Positions 19,696 to 28,062 of a stretch of DNA of 64,000 nucleotides are shown in pieces. Under the pieces are notes generated by a model. That model was given only the letters and a program-made list of their open reading frames with translations, did not search any database and had not been told where the DNA came from. A program made the translations under genes and the position numbers. The DNA is from an uncultured Clostridia bacterium (lineage in GTDB: Bacteria > Bacillota > Clostridia > UMGS1810): NCBI GenBank assembly GCA_934463165.1, contig CAKSJG010000016.1, positions 1 to 64,000 of the forward strand, in the 5' to 3' direction. The first letter of the stretch is position 1; every line of letters begins with the position of its first letter.

Positions 19696-20757
19696 GTGTT
19701 GGAATTTGATAACGAAAGAGAAATTATAGGAGCTAATATGAAGGTTGTCGGAGTCGGCGGCGGCGGAAACAACGCTATTGACCGCATGATTGAAGACGGT
19801 CTTGCCGGAGTTGGATTTATAGCCGTTAATACCGACAGACAGGTTTTGTTCGGTGAAAACGGAACACAGGCAAATGAAAAAATACAGATTGGAGAAAAGC
19901 TTACAAAGGGTCTCGGAGCGGGCGCTAATCCCGAAGTAGGTCAGAAAGCCGCTGAAGAGAGCCGCGATGAAATTAAGCAGGCTCTTCATGATGCCAATAT
20001 GGTATTCGTTACGGCAGGTATGGGCGGCGGAACCGGTACCGGTGCTGCGCCGATTGTCGCATCTACCGCAAAGGAGATGGGCATCCTTACCGTCGGTGTT
20101 GTTACAAAGCCGTTTGTTTTTGAAGGCAAACAGAGAATGGAACGCGCCGAAAAAGGCATTGAAGTCCTTAAGGACTGTGTAGACGCTCTTGTAGTTATCC
20201 CTAACAATAAACTCCTTGATATATGTGACAGAAAAACTTCTATGAAAGACGCTTTCAAAATGGCTGACCAGATTCTCAGCCAGGGTGTAAAAGGTATATC
20301 CGACCTTATCACAAGTCCGGGTTACATCAACCTTGACTTTGCCGATATTTCATCCGTTATGAGAAATACCGGTGTGGCTCACATGGGTATCGGACGTGCA
20401 TCCGGTGACAACCGTGCCGAAGAAGCTGTTAAAGACGCTATTTACAGTCCGCTTCTTGAAACGACAATCGACGGCGCAAAGAAAGTTGTGCTCAACGTTG
20501 CCGGCAGCAGCGATCTCGGACTCATGGAAATAGAACAGGCTTCCGAGCTTGTACATCAGCTTGTTGATCCCGATGCAAATATCATATTCGGTACATCCAT
20601 TGACGAATCTCTCGGTGACGAAATTGTTATCACCGTTGTTGCAACGGGTTTTGAAAGTGCTTCCGACAAGAAAAAAGAAGCCGATGATACTTTGGTTTCG
20701 GGCGATTCATTTGACGTCGGTGATTTTGAAATTCCTGATTTCTTAAACAGAAAGTAA
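19696..20757 (+). CDS. ftsZ: Cell division GTPase FtsZ.
   Basis: GTG 19696 after AGAGGAGG gives MLEFDNE.... The ORF-track start at 19642 lacks a RBS. Tubulin motif GGGTGTG. Acidic C-terminal peptide [11 protein letters not shown]. Confidence 0.95.
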   Translation: MLEFDNEREIIGANMKVVGVGGGGNNAIDRMIEDGLAGVGFIAVNTDRQVLFGENGTQANEKIQIGEKLTKGLGAGANPEVGQKAAEESRDEIKQALHDANMVFVTAGMGGGTGTGAAPIVASTAKEMGILTVGVVTKPFVFEGKQRMERAEKGIEVLKDCVDALVVIPNNKLLDICDRKTSMKDAFKMADQILSQGVKGISDLITSPGYINLDFADISSVMRNTGVAHMGIGRASGDNRAEEAVKDAIYSPLLETTIDGAKKVVLNVAGSSDLGLMEIEQASELVHQLVDPDANIIFGTSIDESLGDEIVITVVATGFESASDKKKEADDTLVSGDSFDVGDFEIPDFLNRK

Positions 20758-20764
20758 TTTAAAT

Positions 20765-20798
20765 ATGCTGTATATATAGTTGTATATACAGCATATTT
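20765..20798 (+). terminator. Hairpin after ftsZ (ATATGCTGTATATA/TATATACAGCATAT).
   Basis: 14-bp perfect inverted repeat 8 nt after the ftsZ stop, followed by a short T-rich tract. Confidence 0.5.
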
Positions 20799-20850
20799 AT
20801 CTTTAAAACGATCATGGGAAAAGCAAATTAAATTAATCGGGGTAAAAATT

Positions 20851-21306
20851 ATGAAATGTCCGTATTGTGAATATCTAGAAAGTAAGGTCATAGATTCTCG
20901 TCAGATAGATGACGGTGCGTCTATCAGAAGGCGCAGAGAGTGTTTAAAATGTGAAAAAAGATTTACCACCTATGAACAGGTAGAATCCGTGCCGCTTATT
21001 GTAATAAAAAAAGACGGCAAGCGCCAGTCATATGACAGGCAGAAGCTTTTGAACGGAATACTTCGCGCATGTGAAAAAACCAATGTTACATATGCTCAGA
21101 TAGAGAGTTTGGTAAATGAAGTCGAAAGTGCGCTCAGCTCTATGTATGACCGTGAAATACCGTCAACCGAAATCGGCGAGCTTGTCATGGATAAGCTTAA
21201 AAAGCTGAATGATATAGCTTACGTGAGGTTTGCCTCGGTTTACCGCGAATTCAGAGATGTCAATTCATTTATGGAAGAGCTCAGTTCTCTTATTCATAAA
21301 AAGTAA
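20851..21306 (+). CDS. nrdR: Transcriptional repressor NrdR (zinc-ribbon/ATP-cone).
   Basis: MKCPYCEY...CLKCEKRF zinc ribbon, followed by an ATP-cone. Confidence 0.9.
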   Translation: MKCPYCEYLESKVIDSRQIDDGASIRRRRECLKCEKRFTTYEQVESVPLIVIKKDGKRQSYDRQKLLNGILRACEKTNVTYAQIESLVNEVESALSSMYDREIPSTEIGELVMDKLKKLNDIAYVRFASVYREFRDVNSFMEELSSLIHKK

Positions 21307-21311
21307 TTTAG

Positions 21312-21342
21312 GCGAGGCAAAGTTATTTTGCTTCGCTTTTTT
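21312..21342 (+). terminator. Rho-independent terminator after nrdR.
   Basis: Stem GCGAGGCAA/TTGCTTCGC (one G·U pair), then TTTTTT. Confidence 0.6.
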
Positions 21343-21359
21343 GAAAGGATTTTGCATTT

Positions 21360-22373
21360 TTGGGAATGAATTTTTTAAAAAAGATTAAAATAGGTAATGT
21401 GGAAATAAGCAATAATATTTTTCTTGCTCCGATGGCGGGAATAACCGATCTTGCTTTCAGAACAATCTGCAAAAAATACGGTGCCGGTCTTGTTTTTTCG
21501 GAGATGGTGAGCGCAAAAGCAATGCACTACGGTGATAAAAAAACCGGGAAGATATATGAAACGTCGGCTTTTGAACAGCCCATGGCGGTTCAGATTTTCG
21601 GTCATGAGCCGGATATTATGGCAGAGGCGGCAAAAAAGCTTGAATCGGAAGGTGTTCCCGTAATAGACATCAATTTCGGCTGCCCGGCGCCTAAGGTTAC
21701 AAGCGGAGGAGACGGCAGCGCCGTCTTAAAAGATACGGCGCTTTTTTCAAAAATTATCGGTGAGGTCAAAAGGAATGTCTCCGTTCCGGTTATGTGTAAG
21801 GTCAGATGCGGCTATGATGATTTTATCGATATGACAAATCTTTCGCATATTGCGCGCGAAAGCGGAGCCGATGCAATCACGGTTCACGGCAGGACGCGCG
21901 CCATGTTTTACGGAGGCACCGCCGATTGGGATAAGATAAAAGAGGTAAAATCCGCCGTATCAATTCCCGTCATAGGAAACGGAGATATAACATCTCCCGA
22001 AGATGCTGAAAAAAACTTTGCATACAGCGGGTGCGACGCAATTATGATAGGGCGCGGCGCAAGAGGAAATCCGTTTATCTTTTCGCAGATTAAAGAATAT
22101 TTTGAAACAGGGTCGTATACGCGTATATCGGACGAAAAAAGACTTGAGGTAATGAAAGAACACATATTTCTTTTGTGTGAGATTAAAGGCGAATATGTGG
22201 GTGTCAGAGAAGCGCGCAAGCACATTGCATGGTACACCAAGGGCATGCACGCAAGCACAAATCTGCGCACGGCGGTGTGCAGGTGCGAAAGCTTAAAAGA
22301 GCTTATTTCCGTTATTGATGAATATAAAAATTTTATATCCGAAGGAGAGGATTGCAATGAAAAAATCAACTAA
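21360..22373 (+). CDS. dus: tRNA-dihydrouridine synthase (DusB-like).
   Basis: FMN-binding TIM-barrel motifs: LAPMAGITD, catalytic Cys in INFGCPAPKV. TTG 21360 or ATG 21366 start. Confidence 0.85.
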   Translation: MGMNFLKKIKIGNVEISNNIFLAPMAGITDLAFRTICKKYGAGLVFSEMVSAKAMHYGDKKTGKIYETSAFEQPMAVQIFGHEPDIMAEAAKKLESEGVPVIDINFGCPAPKVTSGGDGSAVLKDTALFSKIIGEVKRNVSVPVMCKVRCGYDDFIDMTNLSHIARESGADAITVHGRTRAMFYGGTADWDKIKEVKSAVSIPVIGNGDITSPEDAEKNFAYSGCDAIMIGRGARGNPFIFSQIKEYFETGSYTRISDEKRLEVMKEHIFLLCEIKGEYVGVREARKHIAWYTKGMHASTNLRTAVCRCESLKELISVIDEYKNFISEGEDCNEKIN

Positions 22374-22725
22374 AATTATGGCGGTTTGTTTTTCTGCCGC
22401 GGCGCTTGCGGCGGCTGCCGGAATAATGTATATGAATGCAAAAGCCGGCGAAAAAAGATACGCATGCATATTTGACGACGGAAAGCTCGTTCAGAAAATC
22501 GATCTTTCCAATGTTTCCAATCCGTATAAAATAGAGCTTGCCGACAATGTTATTCTTGTCGAAAAAGGGCAGATATCAATGATAGATGCAGACTGCCCGG
22601 ATAAGCTTTGCATAAAGCAGGGTGCAATATCCGACAGTGCGCGCCCGATCGTATGCCTGCCGAATAAAATTGTCATCAAGCTTACGGATGACAAAGACGA
22701 TGTCGATATCGATAATTTTGACTGA
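22357..22725 (+). CDS. NusG domain II-like (DUF1312-type) small membrane-anchored protein.
   Basis: GAAGGAGAGG RBS 6 nt before ATG 22357. N-terminal TM. Usually paired with a Gx transporter. Confidence 0.5.
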   Translation: MKKSTKIMAVCFSAAALAAAAGIMYMNAKAGEKRYACIFDDGKLVQKIDLSNVSNPYKIELADNVILVEKGQISMIDADCPDKLCIKQGAISDSARPIVCLPNKIVIKLTDDKDDVDIDNFD

Positions 22726-22746
22726 TAAAATCGATCGGAGACGAAA

Positions 22747-23262
22747 ATGAAAATTCGTACTTTAACAGCGGACGCGCTTCTTGCGGCGCTTTCTATGTGT
22801 GTGTATGCAATAGAGAGCGCCGTTCCGCCTCTTGTTGCCGTTCCGGGTGTGAAGCTCGGTCTTGCAAATGCCGTAACTCTTACGGCAATTTACATAGTCG
22901 GCAAAAAAAATGCCCTGTGTGTTTTGGCGGTCAGGCTTTTGCTCACGGCGCTTATATTCGGCAATATGATGTCGTTTGTGTTCAGCGCGTGCGCAGGGAT
23001 TGCATGCTATACGGTGATGGTTTTGTGCACCCGATTTATTGATGAAAACGATATGTGGGCAACAAGTATATTCGGCGCAATCGCACATAACGGCGTGCAG
23101 GTTGCAATTGCTGCGCTGACCGTCGGCACAAGCTCGCTTATGTATTATTTTTTTGTTTTGATGCTGTCAGCCGTTATATGCGGTCTGTTTACGGGCATAT
23201 GCGCAAAATACAGCGTTAAGCTGTTTTATCGCTCCGGATTTGCGAAAAGATATAAAGCGTAA
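22747..23262 (+). CDS. Gx transporter / heptaprenyl-diphosphate-synthase component I-like membrane protein.
   Basis: Small polytopic membrane protein. Conserved partner of the NusG_II protein. Confidence 0.5.
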   Translation: MKIRTLTADALLAALSMCVYAIESAVPPLVAVPGVKLGLANAVTLTAIYIVGKKNALCVLAVRLLLTALIFGNMMSFVFSACAGIACYTVMVLCTRFIDENDMWATSIFGAIAHNGVQVAIAALTVGTSSLMYYFFVLMLSAVICGLFTGICAKYSVKLFYRSGFAKRYKA

Positions 23263-23377
23263 GCGCGCTTATGCATCTAACCTTGAATATTATTTCAAAA
23301 GAGAGTTATAATAGATACTGTCAGTCATCGCTTTCCGCGGAGCATGGTGATTTTATCATATATTTCTATTTAAAAAA

Positions 23378-23420
23378 GAACAGCGGCCGTTCGGCTGCTG
23401 CTCTTTTTTAAATGAGAACC
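23378..23420. terminator. Bidirectional rho-independent terminator between convergent operons.
   Basis: AAAAAAGAA-CAGCGGCCG-TTCG-GCTGCTG-CTCTTTTTT. GC hairpin with an A-run upstream and a T-run downstream. Confidence 0.6.
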
Positions 23421-23481
23421 CGGTTTAATTTGATACATATTTCAATGTAAAAACATTTTTCCGAGCACGAAATCACATATA

Positions 23482-23766
23482 TTAATTCATAAGCTCAAAT
23501 GCCCCGGCATTTTTGCTGAGCTGTGCGTTGAATTCCGCTGCAAAGCTGTCCTGTGCTTCGCTGTTTTTAAGTGCTATTGCGTATTTGCGCGGAATAAGCA
23601 CTTCCTTTCCTCTCGGAACAATCATTCCGACGCCGTTTACTGCGACGAAAATGTCGTCCTTGTATTTGTCATTGTCTTTAAAAAGCTTCACCGGCACAAG
23701 CTCGTTGTAATATTCATGATCGCTCTTTATGTGTGCCGTTTCTCGGTTTTCGGTTTTTGCTGCCAT
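23482..23766 (-). CDS. Small 94-aa protein co-transcribed downstream of the capsid gene (function unknown).
   Basis: RBS-like AAAGAAAGG upstream. 28-nt gap after the capsid stop. No recognisable motif. Confidence 0.4.
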   Translation of the reverse strand: MAAKTENRETAHIKSDHEYYNELVPVKLFKDNDKYKDDIFVAVNGVGMIVPRGKEVLIPRKYAIALKNSEAQDSFAAEFNAQLSKNAGAFELMN

Positions 23767-23794
23767 TAATGTATACCGCCTTTCTTTGATGTTA

Positions 23795-25054
23795 TTAGTT
23801 TGCGCCGCCCTGGAATGTGGATGCGCTTTCGATTCTTATCATGTAGTTTTCAACAAGTCTTTCCGCAGTTTTTGTGCCTTTCCAGCCTGCTGTAGCTCTT
23901 TGATTGAGCGGATCCGCTGTTCCGCCCGAGCCGAGCTGCTTAACAATGTGTTGGAGTCCTCCTCCGGTTACCTCCGTAACACCGTATGCGTTGGCGCCGA
24001 GCACAAGAGTGGAATATATGTCTCTGCCGTCCGCTCCGGAATCTCCGGGGTAAATAGCGCTGTTTGCAGTCGGTGTAGTTGTCGGCGCTTTGGAAAGATA
24101 AATATAATTGCTTGCCGCATTAAAGCCGCAGATTTCGGCAACCTCATATACGCTGCCCGTTTTGATTTGAATGCTTCTTCCGATAAGCGAGTTATCATCG
24201 GCGCTTATGGTTTCGTTAACGGTTACCTGATATTTGCTTGCTTCGCCCTTGCCCTCCGTGACTGTTCCGGCAGCCGAGAGCGCGTTGTATGCCGAAACGG
24301 TAAGGTTTCTTGAACCCTTAGTAAGGTCGGGAGCGTGGAATATTTTGGCTTCCGTGCTTTCAACGAATCTTATTCCGGCAAGCTTTCCTATTTCACCCTC
24401 AAAAAGCTCCGTTGCCGCGCTGTATTTGTGCACGTCGATCCATTCGTCATCACGCATGAGGTCGTATGCAACGTCCGGATGAATTATTGCCACGTAGCTC
24501 CCGTTTATTTTGGGGGCATTCTGCGTTTTAAGGAATCTTGCCGCTCTGAATATATCGTCAACAGTGATTTTGCATTCCGATGTGAGTGCGCTTCTGTCTT
24601 CCTTGCCGCCCGCATACATAACGCTTGTACCGCCGTTTAAAATCTCTCTTGTAACGGTGTCAAGAGTTGATCCTGCCTGTGAGCCGAGAAGCTTTGTGGT
24701 TTCGAGCAATGTGTTGTCAATAGCCGTAAGCATGAGCACATCCGACATTGTAACATAATAACCGTACTGTTCAACGGTTGCGGTTACATTTGTTACGGAG
24801 AGTGATCCGCCGTCGGGTGTTACGCCCTCGGAGAGGGGAGTCGTCGCCTTTGAAAACGGAATAAATTTACGGAATTCAATTGACTTACCTCCGTTTACGG
24901 GGATCGGGTGCTTCTGACCGAACTGATCGTGAACGAGGTTTGGCTTTGCGTTATCGATAAGATAATCGCTGTAATAGGTTTTCATTTCGGCAGATAAAGT
25001 ATTTGTGCCGGTTGTGTTTGTATTCATGTCAAAAAGTTTAAGATTAATTTTCAT
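23795..25054 (-). CDS. Phage major capsid protein, HK97 fold, N4-gp56-like family.
   Basis: AAAGGAG RBS 7 nt before the ATG. N-terminal signature 'LSAEMKTYYSDYLIDNAKPNLVHDQFGQKHPIPVNGGKSIEFRKF...TVEQYGYYVTMSDV'. Roughly 90-aa extra segment in the middle of the protein. Confidence 0.75.
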   Translation of the reverse strand: MKINLKLFDMNTNTTGTNTLSAEMKTYYSDYLIDNAKPNLVHDQFGQKHPIPVNGGKSIEFRKFIPFSKATTPLSEGVTPDGGSLSVTNVTATVEQYGYYVTMSDVLMLTAIDNTLLETTKLLGSQAGSTLDTVTREILNGGTSVMYAGGKEDRSALTSECKITVDDIFRAARFLKTQNAPKINGSYVAIIHPDVAYDLMRDDEWIDVHKYSAATELFEGEIGKLAGIRFVESTEAKIFHAPDLTKGSRNLTVSAYNALSAAGTVTEGKGEASKYQVTVNETISADDNSLIGRSIQIKTGSVYEVAEICGFNAASNYIYLSKAPTTTPTANSAIYPGDSGADGRDIYSTLVLGANAYGVTEVTGGGLQHIVKQLGSGGTADPLNQRATAGWKGTKTAERLVENYMIRIESASTFQGGAN

Positions 25055-25072
25055 TATTGGTCTCCTTTCAAA

Positions 25073-25951
25073 TTAAAAGCTGATTTGTTCTCCGCGTGCA
25101 ACTCTGCGCGCTATTTCAGCTCTTTCCGAGGGAGTAAGCTTGGATACATCTTTTGTAAAAAGAGCCGTGCTTTTTCCGGATATACCGTTTTCGGCAGGTC
25201 TTGAATTTCTGGCTCTTATGGCATCCGTGGTCTGCTTTCTTGCGTCATCTGCCGCCTTATTTACCAAGCTGTCCACTATTTCATCGTGGTGAACGGTCAG
25301 ATAAGCGTCTCTCAGTGATATTCCCGCTTGCAAAAGTCTTAGGAATTCGGGGTTTCCCGCTTCCGTCTCCATGTCAAAATCGGGGTATTTTTCGCTTATC
25401 TGTGCCGATTCCTCCAGCCATGAACGCAGGGTGTTTTCCATTTTGATATCGCTTTGCTGCTGCATCATCTGTCTCTTTATGCTTTCGTTTTCAAATTCAA
25501 GCCTTTTGAGATGTTTAAGAGTATCCGTGTCAATCCCTCTTTTCTCGGCTTCTTCTTTTATGAAGCCGTCGTCGTTTGTTATTGCGTCTTTAAGTCCGCC
25601 GATGTCATCACCCGTTATGCCGTATTTCATTTTGAGCATCTCAATGATTTTTTCGTTTTGAATATTTTTTTCTTTGAGTGCGGAGCTCTCTTTAAACCTT
25701 CGTTTCAAATTATTCTGTATTCTCCGATCAAATTCTTCTTTGTACTTACCCTTGATAAGCTCTTCAAACTCGGCGTTTTTGTCGGTAATGACTTCCGCTG
25801 CCTTCATTTCTTCGGCAGCGCCGTTTTCTTCGTCGGCTGTCCGGTTTTGCGGTTGAGCGTCCGCCGCATCGGGGGATGCCTGTGCATTCGGTGCACCGTC
25901 CGGTGCGCCGGCATCTCCGTCAAATAAATTCAGCTCCATTTTGTATTTCAT
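25073..25951 (-). CDS. Phage scaffolding protein (DUF4355-like, coiled-coil).
   Basis: Start MKYKMELNLFDGD is the phage scaffold 'LNLQFF'-type N-terminus. Acidic low-complexity region. Long K/E coiled-coil. 18-nt gap to the capsid gene. Confidence 0.6.
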   Translation of the reverse strand: MKYKMELNLFDGDAGAPDGAPNAQASPDAADAQPQNRTADEENGAAEEMKAAEVITDKNAEFEELIKGKYKEEFDRRIQNNLKRRFKESSALKEKNIQNEKIIEMLKMKYGITGDDIGGLKDAITNDDGFIKEEAEKRGIDTDTLKHLKRLEFENESIKRQMMQQQSDIKMENTLRSWLEESAQISEKYPDFDMETEAGNPEFLRLLQAGISLRDAYLTVHHDEIVDSLVNKAADDARKQTTDAIRARNSRPAENGISGKSTALFTKDVSKLTPSERAEIARRVARGEQISF

Positions 25952-26073
25952 GTTTTCCTTCCTTTCGTCTTTCCGAAGTGTCCGGTTATCTCCGGTCTTT
26001 CCCGGGAGTCCGCAAGCCGATGTCATCCTTGGGCATTGTGTAGGTTTTTTGCTTCATCAAGCTTACGGATACT

Positions 26074-26108
26074 ATTATACATTACTTTCAAAAATTTTTT
26101 TTGCTCCG
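26074..26108 (-). promoter_or_regulatory. Candidate promoter of the scaffold-capsid operon (extended -10 TGTATAAT on the minus strand).
   Basis: Plus-strand ATTATACA at 26072-26079 reads as TGnTATAAT on the minus strand. A-tract upstream. About 115-nt leader to the ATG. Confidence 0.3.
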
Positions 26109-26190
26109 TACGAAAAAAATAAAACGCCCGAAAATACGGATGCCATGCGGCTTTTAAAGATTTTTGCGTAAAAAAATATGCAAAATGGGC

Positions 26191-26225
26191 AAAAAAATAT
26201 CACGTATGTTTTACCATACGTGATA
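26191..26225 (-). terminator. Terminator for the minus-strand lipoprotein gene: perfect 11-bp palindrome TATCACGTATG/CATACGTGATA plus U7.
   Basis: Arms 26198-26208 and 26215-26225, 6-nt loop. On the minus strand it is followed by TTTTTTT (plus-strand A7 at 26191-26197). Confidence 0.5.
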
Positions 26226-26274
26226 GTATAATTAGGCATATCGTGTTCAAATCCCGTATGCCTGCAATATTAAA

Positions 26275-26775
26275 TCAATTCCCCGATCCGGCCTGTGCCT
26301 GCTGAACTTCGAGAATAACCTGTATCTGATCCAAAATCTTTTTTTCTTCTTCGCTTCCGCTTCCCTTAACCTTGGCATACTCTGTCATAAGATTTTGCAG
26401 ATTCTCGCTTGTCAGCTCAACTTCGGTGCCGTCCTCGGTCTTTGCCGCCTTGTTGCCTTTTGAATCGGTGTATACCTCGGCATTACCGTATTTTGTCTGT
26501 TCGTTTTGAGCTGCATTTCCCGATTGATTGCTGCCCGATGCCGCTGTTTCGTTTTGATTTGCCGATGCGTTGTCCGACTTTTTCGTGTTGTCGGACTGAC
26601 CGTCACTGTTTTTATTTTTGTCGTTTTTTTCGTTCGTCTTTTTCTCGGAAGATGAAGAATTTTTATTATTTTTTGCATCATCCGATTTTCCGCATCCGGC
26701 AAGCATGGACGCTCCCGAAATAAGCGCAAGTGCGGTAAGCAGTGCCGCTGTTTTTTTAAAATTAATACCTTTCAT
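26275..26775 (-). CDS. Low-complexity (N/S/K/D/Q-rich) lipoprotein.
   Basis: GGAGGTGGAT RBS. True start ATG 26775 (MKGINFKK...), not the ORF-track start. Lipobox LAGCGK. Confidence 0.6.
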   Translation of the reverse strand: MKGINFKKTAALLTALALISGASMLAGCGKSDDAKNNKNSSSSEKKTNEKNDKNKNSDGQSDNTKKSDNASANQNETAASGSNQSGNAAQNEQTKYGNAEVYTDSKGNKAAKTEDGTEVELTSENLQNLMTEYAKVKGSGSEEEKKILDQIQVILEVQQAQAGSGN

Positions 26776-26791
26776 TAAATCCACCTCCGAA

Positions 26792-27352
26792 TTATTCTGT
26801 TGGGTTGCCGTCTGCGTCAAAAAGCGGCAGCTTTTCAAGGAAGATAATGTCGTCGCGCTTTGCCGCGTCACCCTCGGCGAGAATTGCCATTTTACCCACG
26901 ATGCTTCCGCCCGCCTTTTCAACAAGCTGCTCCAGAGAAGCAAGTGATTCTCCCGTGCTTATTACATCATCAACAATTAGCACCCTTTTTCCTTTTATTG
27001 CATCAATTTCTGCCTGACCGATGCAAAGTGACTGAATATTTGCCGTTGTTATTGAATCAACGGTTGTTTCTATAATGTTTTTCATGTAGATTTTTGCTTT
27101 TTTGCGTGCAATGACATAGTTGTCATCGTTATGCTGACGCGCCATTTCATATATAAGCGGAATGCTCTTGCACTCTGCCGTAACAAGTATGTCATACTCG
27201 GGCGCGCGCTTCAAAAGCTCTTCGGCAGATTTTTTTGTTATTTCAACATCACCGAAAATAATAAAAGCCGCTATGTAAAGCTCGTCATTAACCGGGAAAA
27301 GCGGAAGCTCACGTTTGAGACCTGCAATTTCCATTGTATAATGCTTATCCAT
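26792..27352 (-). CDS. Type I phosphoribosyltransferase family protein (adenine-PRTase-like).
   Basis: PRPP-binding motif VLIVDDVISTGESL. Candidate promoter on the minus strand at 27396-27424 (TTGAAT-17-TAAAAT). Confidence 0.7.
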   Translation of the reverse strand: MDKHYTMEIAGLKRELPLFPVNDELYIAAFIIFGDVEITKKSAEELLKRAPEYDILVTAECKSIPLIYEMARQHNDDNYVIARKKAKIYMKNIIETTVDSITTANIQSLCIGQAEIDAIKGKRVLIVDDVISTGESLASLEQLVEKAGGSIVGKMAILAEGDAAKRDDIIFLEKLPLFDADGNPTE

Positions 27353-27495
27353 CTAAAATTCCCTCATTTCTGATTATTGCAAAATTACAGTATATATTTT
27401 ACACCCTTTTCGACAAATATTCAAGAGTTTTTTTCATATTTATAAACAAAATCATATAAATATCGGGCAAAAATATCCGTTTTGTGCGTTAGGGG

Positions 27496-27574
27496 TCATG
27501 GTATATTTTTTATTTTTTGATTGAAAGCGAGTTTCAGCGCTTAAGCTTTCAAAAAAATAAAAAATATACCATGA
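27496..27574. repeat. Long AT-rich hairpin: 23-bp perfect inverted repeat extended to a roughly 31-bp stem, 16-nt loop.
   Basis: TCATGGTATATTTTTTATTTTTT (27496-27518) and its exact reverse complement (27552-27574). Inner TTGAAAGC/GCTTTCAA pair with a 2-nt bulge. Confidence 0.8.
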
Positions 27575-27595
27575 TCACAATGTTGATAATCAGCG

Positions 27596-27916
27596 TTCGG
27601 ATATCGACGTAATGCCTTAAGCTCACGGGAACTGAACACGATATGCCCTTTGTTTGAAAAATTAAAGTCTTTTCAATTTGTCGTCCTTGAAAGGCGTCAG
27701 CCTGTCTGCGTCCTCCGCATTGAAAATACAAATAATTTTTCTAAACAAAGGGTCAAAGAGTCAAAAAAGAAAAAATTTTGTATCAGACAAAGAAAATTCG
27801 AAAATAATACTGACGTATATTTGATGAATTTTCTGCAGTATTATGCAAAATTTTCCTTTTTAGACCACATCGGGTTCAATTCCCGTGAGCTTAAGCTGCT
27901 GTGTTAATATCCGAAC
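27596..27916. repeat. Imperfect inverted repeats of about 45 bp flanking a 236-bp AT-rich core that contains a nested inverted repeat.
   Basis: 27615-27637 matches the reverse complement of 27874-27896 at 21 of 23 positions. 27596-27605 matches 27907-27916 at 10 of 10. Inner repeat CCCTTTGTTTGAAAAATT (27654-27671) versus AATTTTTCTAAACAAAGGG (27742-27760). Confidence 0.7.
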
Positions 27917-28062
27917 TTTGGTAAACATATAATCTGTTGGCATACCCTAACGCCTCGCCCGAAAAGCGCTTGCAGACGAGCGGATGGATAATATCCGCCC
28001 CTACGCGCATGGGGAAGAAAAAATTTCTTGCATAATATTAAATTATTGTGTTTATATTGCGC

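Noticed and set aside
23729-24313. 194-aa plus-strand ORF inside the capsid region
   Set aside because: Antisense to the major capsid protein gene, which has strong family signatures. Cys/Ser-rich shadow frame.
23482-26110. Complete prophage
   Set aside because: Only scaffold, capsid and one small gene are present. No integrase, terminase, portal, protease, tail or lysis genes occur anywhere in the window. The flanking genes are housekeeping.
27871-27896. tRNA T-arm-like motif CGGGTTCAATTCCCG followed by TGAGCTTAAG
   Set aside because: No complementary 5' acceptor strand, D-arm or anticodon arm can be found upstream. Only a 4-bp T-stem is present. It is one arm of an imperfect inverted repeat. 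Not a tRNA or tmRNA gene.
27650-27907. 85-aa ORF in the repeat-rich intergenic region
   Set aside because: It sits inside nested inverted repeats, has no RBS, and has a low-complexity Lys-rich translation.
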